From an uncultured Acidimicrobiia bacterium (lineage in GTDB: Bacteria; Actinomycetota; Acidimicrobiia; Acidimicrobiales; AC-14): 24,000 bases of DNA. Both the position numbers and the translations under genes were made by a program. Location of the stretch: contig CAWHAN010000013.1 in assembly GCA_963827345.1 (NCBI GenBank), forward strand, positions 114,972 through 138,971, read 5' to 3'. Every line of letters begins with the position of its first letter. Position 1 is the first letter of the stretch. A model generated the notes under the pieces. The model ran no database searches. It had not been told where the DNA came from and saw nothing but the letters and a program-made list of their open reading frames with translations. Below, piece after piece: positions 20,202 through 24,000 of the stretch.

Positions 20202-22065
20202 GTCGGCGCTTCAGGAGGGTGATGTTGCCCTCCTCGTAGATCGTCTCGAACTCGCCACGGACCCCGTCGAGCACCGCCTTCGGCTCGGGATCGAGGACGG
20301 TCGGCACCAGGATGTACTCGACCCCGTCGGCCTGGGGCAGGCGCTCGCCCTCCTGCTCGAACGTTCCCCAGTAGGAGCCCTTGAACGGGTTCGGGAACAT
20401 GTAGATCTCTTCCCGGTGGTCGAAGTGGGGGACGTAGCCGTAGAACGCCGACAGCGCGGCGTCGTCGGGGATCAGCTCGTGCATCTTCTCCAGGTGGGGC
20501 ACGCTGTTGCCACCGGGGTCGGCGATGGCGGCGGGGTGCCGGCCGATGGGCGTCGGCCCCCACAGGTAGGCCGTCAGCAGCGACGAGGCCACCACGACGC
20601 CGACCAGCACCCGCCGGCCGGCCATCGACCTGGCGTGGGAGATGCCGAGGATCGTCCCCCCGATGAGCACCGGAAGGATCAGGGTGCCGTAGTGATAGTG
20701 GATGTCGTACTGGTAGTAGAAGGTGCTGAGGACGTTGGCGGCGAGGGGCGCCAGCCCGACCAGCAGGAACCTCGGCGCCAGCAGCGGCATGAACGCCACC
20801 GGGCTGAACATCTGCCAGACGTACCAGGGCCGGCCCGGGCCCAGGGCGTACTCGACCACCTCCCACGGCCGCAGGAGCGTGGTGGTGACCAGCCCGCGAA
20901 GGCCGCCGAACGGCACCCGCCAGGCGTTCAGGCTGCCCACGCCGTTGAGCGCCGGGAGGATCCACCACAGGGCGGCCGCCATCGCCAGCCCCGACACCGC
21001 GCAGGTGATCAGCCCGATCCGGCGGTCGTGGCGGACGGCCACGTAGATGCCGAGGCCGATCGTGAGCAGGGCGACGTCCTCCTTCACCAGCAGGGCGCCC
21101 GCGATGCACAGGAGGAACCCGACCCACCGCTTCCGCACCATGAACCACAGGGCGAACATCACCAGCGGTAGCTCGAACACGTCGGGGTGGAACTGCTCGA
21201 GGTTGACGAAGGCCACCGCCGGGTGGAGCAGGTAGACGACGGCCATGGCCGCGGCCAGGCGCTCGTCCCGCAGCTTCTCCCGGGCCAACAGGAAGGTGGG
21301 CACCGCCGCCGACCCGAGCGCGGCGGCCTGGAAGAAGAGGAGGACCTTGGCCGACGGGAAGATCCAGTAGACCGGGACCAGGGGCAGGAGGATGAACGAG
21401 GTGTGGTCGCCGAACAGCTGGCGGCCCATGACCGTGACGAACGGGCTCTTGAACCTGCTCAGCAGCCACAGGCCCTGGTCGTAGATGCCGAAGTCGAAGG
21501 CCTGGGTGCCGTAGCCGTCGTGGTGGCGGAAGGTCCAGTAGGAGAACAGCCAGATGTAGGCCACCGTCGCCGCCACCAGCACCACGCGGGCGGCGGTGTC
21601 GGCCAGGATGGGACGGCTGTCGGCGTCGGGCACCCAGTCCCAGTCCCGCCAGGGCCCCGCCTCCAGCCACCCCGGCCGGACGACCGGATCGCCAGCGCGG
21701 GCCTCGTCCTTCTCGGCGGCGGGCACGTCGAACAGGGCGAGCTGGTCGCCGCCGGCGTCGGCAGGCTCGGCGTCGGCGGGCTCGTCGGCGACGGGCGGCG
21801 ACGGCCGGCGGTCCCTGAGCACGCCCCGGCGCCGCAGCCAGCTGGTCAGGGCACTGAAGTCGACGGTGTCGCGGTCGGGCTCGGCGGGCTCGGCGGCAGG
21901 CCCGGCCGGCCTGGCAATCTCCTCGTCGGCGGGCGGCTCGGCGCGGGCGCGGACGGGCCGGATGACGCCCCGCCGCCGGAGCCAGCCGCTCCACGCCGAG
22001 AAGTCGACAGAGTCGCGATCACGCTCCTCGGCCTGCTTCTCGACCTGGTCCTCCGTCGGCGCCAC
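20197..22065 (-). CDS. DUF2079 domain-containing integral membrane protein (GT-C-like) with ~160-aa cytoplasmic N-terminal extension
   Basis: Intact 622-aa ORF. The core AFDFGIYDQGLWLLSRFKSPFVTVMGRQLFGDHTSFILLPLVPVYW...LLVKEDVAL... matches the DUF2079 signature as I recall it (FDLGIFDQ...G.HFSPIL). It has more than 10 TM helices and a C-terminal soluble domain. Confidence 0.85.
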   Translation of the reverse strand: MAPTEDQVEKQAEERDRDSVDFSAWSGWLRRRGVIRPVRARAEPPADEEIARPAGPAAEPAEPDRDTVDFSALTSWLRRRGVLRDRRPSPPVADEPADAEPADAGGDQLALFDVPAAEKDEARAGDPVVRPGWLEAGPWRDWDWVPDADSRPILADTAARVVLVAATVAYIWLFSYWTFRHHDGYGTQAFDFGIYDQGLWLLSRFKSPFVTVMGRQLFGDHTSFILLPLVPVYWIFPSAKVLLFFQAAALGSAAVPTFLLAREKLRDERLAAAMAVVYLLHPAVAFVNLEQFHPDVFELPLVMFALWFMVRKRWVGFLLCIAGALLVKEDVALLTIGLGIYVAVRHDRRIGLITCAVSGLAMAAALWWILPALNGVGSLNAWRVPFGGLRGLVTTTLLRPWEVVEYALGPGRPWYVWQMFSPVAFMPLLAPRFLLVGLAPLAANVLSTFYYQYDIHYHYGTLILPVLIGGTILGISHARSMAGRRVLVGVVVASSLLTAYLWGPTPIGRHPAAIADPGGNSVPHLEKMHELIPDDAALSAFYGYVPHFDHREEIYMFPNPFKGSYWGTFEQEGERLPQADGVEYILVPTVLDPEPKAVLDGVRGEFETIYEEGNITLLKRRP

Positions 22066-22162
22066 GCCCTATCTTGTCCCGCCTCCGGCCGCCCCGGGAC
22101 GCACGGCGGGGTCAGGGCCCGGCCCGGAGTCGCGCCGGCCCCACCGGTAGACTCGTCCCATG

Positions 22163-24000
22163 GTGCGTCCTCGAAGCTGGACCAGACCAGCGGGTGTGAG
22201 TCCCGTCCGGGTAATCGCCGGAGAGCCCGGTAGCAGGCCCCGGTCCGTCGCCGAGAGGCGACTGGCTGAGCGGGGCGTCGAAAGCCTCTATGGAGGGAGC
22301 AAGCGTGCGGGCCGTAGCGCCACCAGGCGTGAGTCCTGCAGCCTCGTCAGATTTACAACGGGGGAGCCGAGCCGCTCATGTCACGGCGAAGGCAGCATCC
22401 GACCGACTGGCGTTCCGGAGATGCCCCTGGTCGGGTCCCCTCGGGGTAAGGGGAGCGGCACGTACGCAGGGTCAGGTTCGGAAGGGGAGAGACCCGTCTG
22501 CGCAGCCTCGTCAGCAAAGACCGCCCGTATAAGCCAGTGGTGAAATCGAGCGGAGCGCAGCGGGAGTCCGACGGGGTCGTAGTACCGGCCGTCGCCGTGA
22601 TGGCGGGCGGGAAGGGCCCCGACTTTGGTCACGTCGGAGATGGAGGTAAGCGCCAGGGCATGGCCGGGACCGCCCGGCCCAACCACCCCGGTGGGCAGGC
22701 GCCCACCGACAACGTGCGAAAACTCCAGAACCGGCTATGGGCTGCGGCCAAGCAGTCTCCGGGTCGCCGCTTCCACGCCCTGTTCGACCGAATCCACAGG
22801 CCTGACGTCCTGTGGGAGGCGTGGAGACGGGTCCGAGCAAATCGTGGCGCCGCCGGGGTCGATCGCCTGACCCTGGAGGCGGTGGAGGAATACGGCGTTC
22901 AGATCATGCTCGACGAGCTGGCCGCTGACCTCCGTGCAGGCACCTACCGCCCGTCGCCCGTGCGCCGGGTGGAGATACCAAAGCCTGATGGTCGAAAGCG
23001 GCCGCTGGGCATCCCCACCGTGCGCGACCGGGTGTGCCAGCAGGCAGCCAAGATCGTCCTCGAACCCATCTTCGAGGCCGACTTCCTGCCACAAAGCTTC
23101 GGTTTCCGACCCAAGCGCTCGGCCACCGACGCCCTGGAAGCCATCCGGGTGGCGTTCCCCCGAGGACGGCAGTTCGTTTTCGAGGCCGACATCCGCGACT
23201 TCTTCGGGCAGATCGACCACGAGAGGCTTCTCTCGCTGGTCGGCGAGCGCGTCTCGGACCGGCGGGTGCTCAAGCTGCTTCGCCAATGGCTGCGTGCGGG
23301 GGTGCTGGTCGAGGGGGTGCGGTCCGAGACGGTCACGGGCACGCCCCAGGGCGGGGTCATCTCCCCGCTGCTGGCCAACATCTACCTGCACGCCTTCGAC
23401 CGGTCCTGGGCCGAGTCCGGCACCGGGGAGCTGGTCCGCTACGCGGACGACTTCGTGGTGCTGTGCACGACCCGCAGCCAGGCCGAGGCGGCCCAGGCCA
23501 GGGCGGCGGCCCTGCTGGGTGATCTCGGTCTGAGCCTGCACCCGGACAAGACCCGAGTGGTCGACCTCCGGGAGGGCAAGGAGGGCTTCGATTTCCTGGG
23601 CTGTCATCTTCACGCCCGCATGTCGGGCCGGCTGTGGGAGCAGCGGGGAATCATCCGCTACTACCTGCACCGCTGGCCGTCGCCGCGCTCGATGAAGCGG
23701 GCACGCCTTCGGGTCAAGGCCCTCACCGGCCGGAACCGGGTCGGCTTGGAGTTGGAGGACGTGATCTACGACCTCAACCTGTTCCTGCGGGGATGGGGCA
23801 ACTACTTCCGCACCGGCAACGCAACCAACAAGTTCGTCTCCATCGACCGGCACGTGGCGTGGCGGCTGAAGCGCTTGCTCATCAAGAAGCGGGGCCGCAA
23901 CCTGCGAGCTGGTCAGGCGGACCGTTGGACGCCCGCCTGGTTCCACGACCAGGGCCTGCACAAGCTGCTCGGCACCATCCGCTACCCGAAGGCGGCGTAA
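22163..24000 (+). mobile_element. Group II intron (5' portion: domains I-III plus domain IV ORF); 3' end (domains V/VI) lies beyond the window
   Basis: A GTGCG box at 22163-22167 lies 374 nt upstream of an intron-type RT/maturase ORF. The intervening 22163-22536 has no credible coding potential and is rich in helices. The exact 5' boundary is unverified; other GTGYG boxes are at 22194 and 22305. Confidence 0.8.
22537..24000 (+). CDS. Group II intron reverse transcriptase/maturase (no endonuclease domain)
   Basis: 487-aa ORF. RT0 region LWEAWRRVRANRGAAGVDRLTLEAVEEYG. RT motifs PDGRKRPLGIPTVRDRVCQQA, FGFRPKRSATDAL, GTPQGGVISPLLANIYL, YADDFVVLC. Maturase X domain LFLRGWGNYFRTGNA. It ends at TAA 23998-24000 with no HNH or Cys-rich segment. 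The start may be GTG 22537 or an in-frame codon slightly downstream. Confidence 0.92.
   Translation: MVKSSGAQRESDGVVVPAVAVMAGGKGPDFGHVGDGGKRQGMAGTARPNHPGGQAPTDNVRKLQNRLWAAAKQSPGRRFHALFDRIHRPDVLWEAWRRVRANRGAAGVDRLTLEAVEEYGVQIMLDELAADLRAGTYRPSPVRRVEIPKPDGRKRPLGIPTVRDRVCQQAAKIVLEPIFEADFLPQSFGFRPKRSATDALEAIRVAFPRGRQFVFEADIRDFFGQIDHERLLSLVGERVSDRRVLKLLRQWLRAGVLVEGVRSETVTGTPQGGVISPLLANIYLHAFDRSWAESGTGELVRYADDFVVLCTTRSQAEAAQARAAALLGDLGLSLHPDKTRVVDLREGKEGFDFLGCHLHARMSGRLWEQRGIIRYYLHRWPSPRSMKRARLRVKALTGRNRVGLELEDVIYDLNLFLRGWGNYFRTGNATNKFVSIDRHVAWRLKRLLIKKRGRNLRAGQADRWTPAWFHDQGLHKLLGTIRYPKAA

Noticed and set aside
22160-22543. 127-aa ORF upstream of the RT
   Set aside because: It lies in the putative intron ribozyme domains I-III and has Arg/Ser/Gly-rich non-protein-like composition. 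It is most likely non-coding RNA sequence.
22537-24000. Reverse transcriptase as a possible retron, DRT or Abi-type defence RT
   Set aside because: It has the group II intron RT0 N-terminus and the maturase X domain (RGWGNYFR). It is preceded by a GTGCG-initiated structured leader. No msr/msd-like repeats or effector gene are visible.

Overview
This is a very GC-rich chromosomal segment that looks Actinomycetota-type. That is inferred from gene order only: DUF3499 / manB / Trm112-like / SIS isomerase / ahcY, then comF / hpf / NarL-type regulator.

Gene order, left to right:
- sufD (-), running off the left edge
- ftsH (-)
- DUF3499 (+)
- CPBP intramembrane protease (+)
- lipoprotein L,D-transpeptidase (-)
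- small zinc-ribbon protein (+)
- a decayed DUF1996 gene (-)
- an envelope-glycosylation block: a 799-aa GT-C-like membrane protein, a GT39/PMT_2-like transferase, a FAD oxidoreductase and a convergent GT2
- a tightly coupled manB / trm112-like / PGI-PMI-type SIS isomerase / ahcY operon
- comF
- a ~375-nt densely structured intergenic region, in the position typical of raiA-motif ncRNAs
- long hpf
- an orphan NarL-family response regulator
- a DUF3472-like ORF
- a DUF2079 membrane protein (-)
- the 5' ~1.8 kb of a group II intron, whose RT/maturase ORF ends exactly at the window edge

I saw no rRNA, tRNA or CRISPR array, and no recognisable defence or toxin system.

Points most worth follow-up:
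1. The structured comF-hpf RNA candidate and its terminator-like hairpin.
2. The GT2 + two GT-C-like + flavoenzyme module, which sits inside an otherwise conserved DUF3499-manB synteny block.
3. About 12 reading-frame breaks in six otherwise well-conserved genes. Most are at G/C runs and are probably sequence-quality artefacts, but one is a clean 10-bp tandem duplication.
4. Two odd short tandem repeats, one of them a low-GC island at the manB/trm112 junction.

Family assignments come from motifs I recognise by eye. No database search was run.
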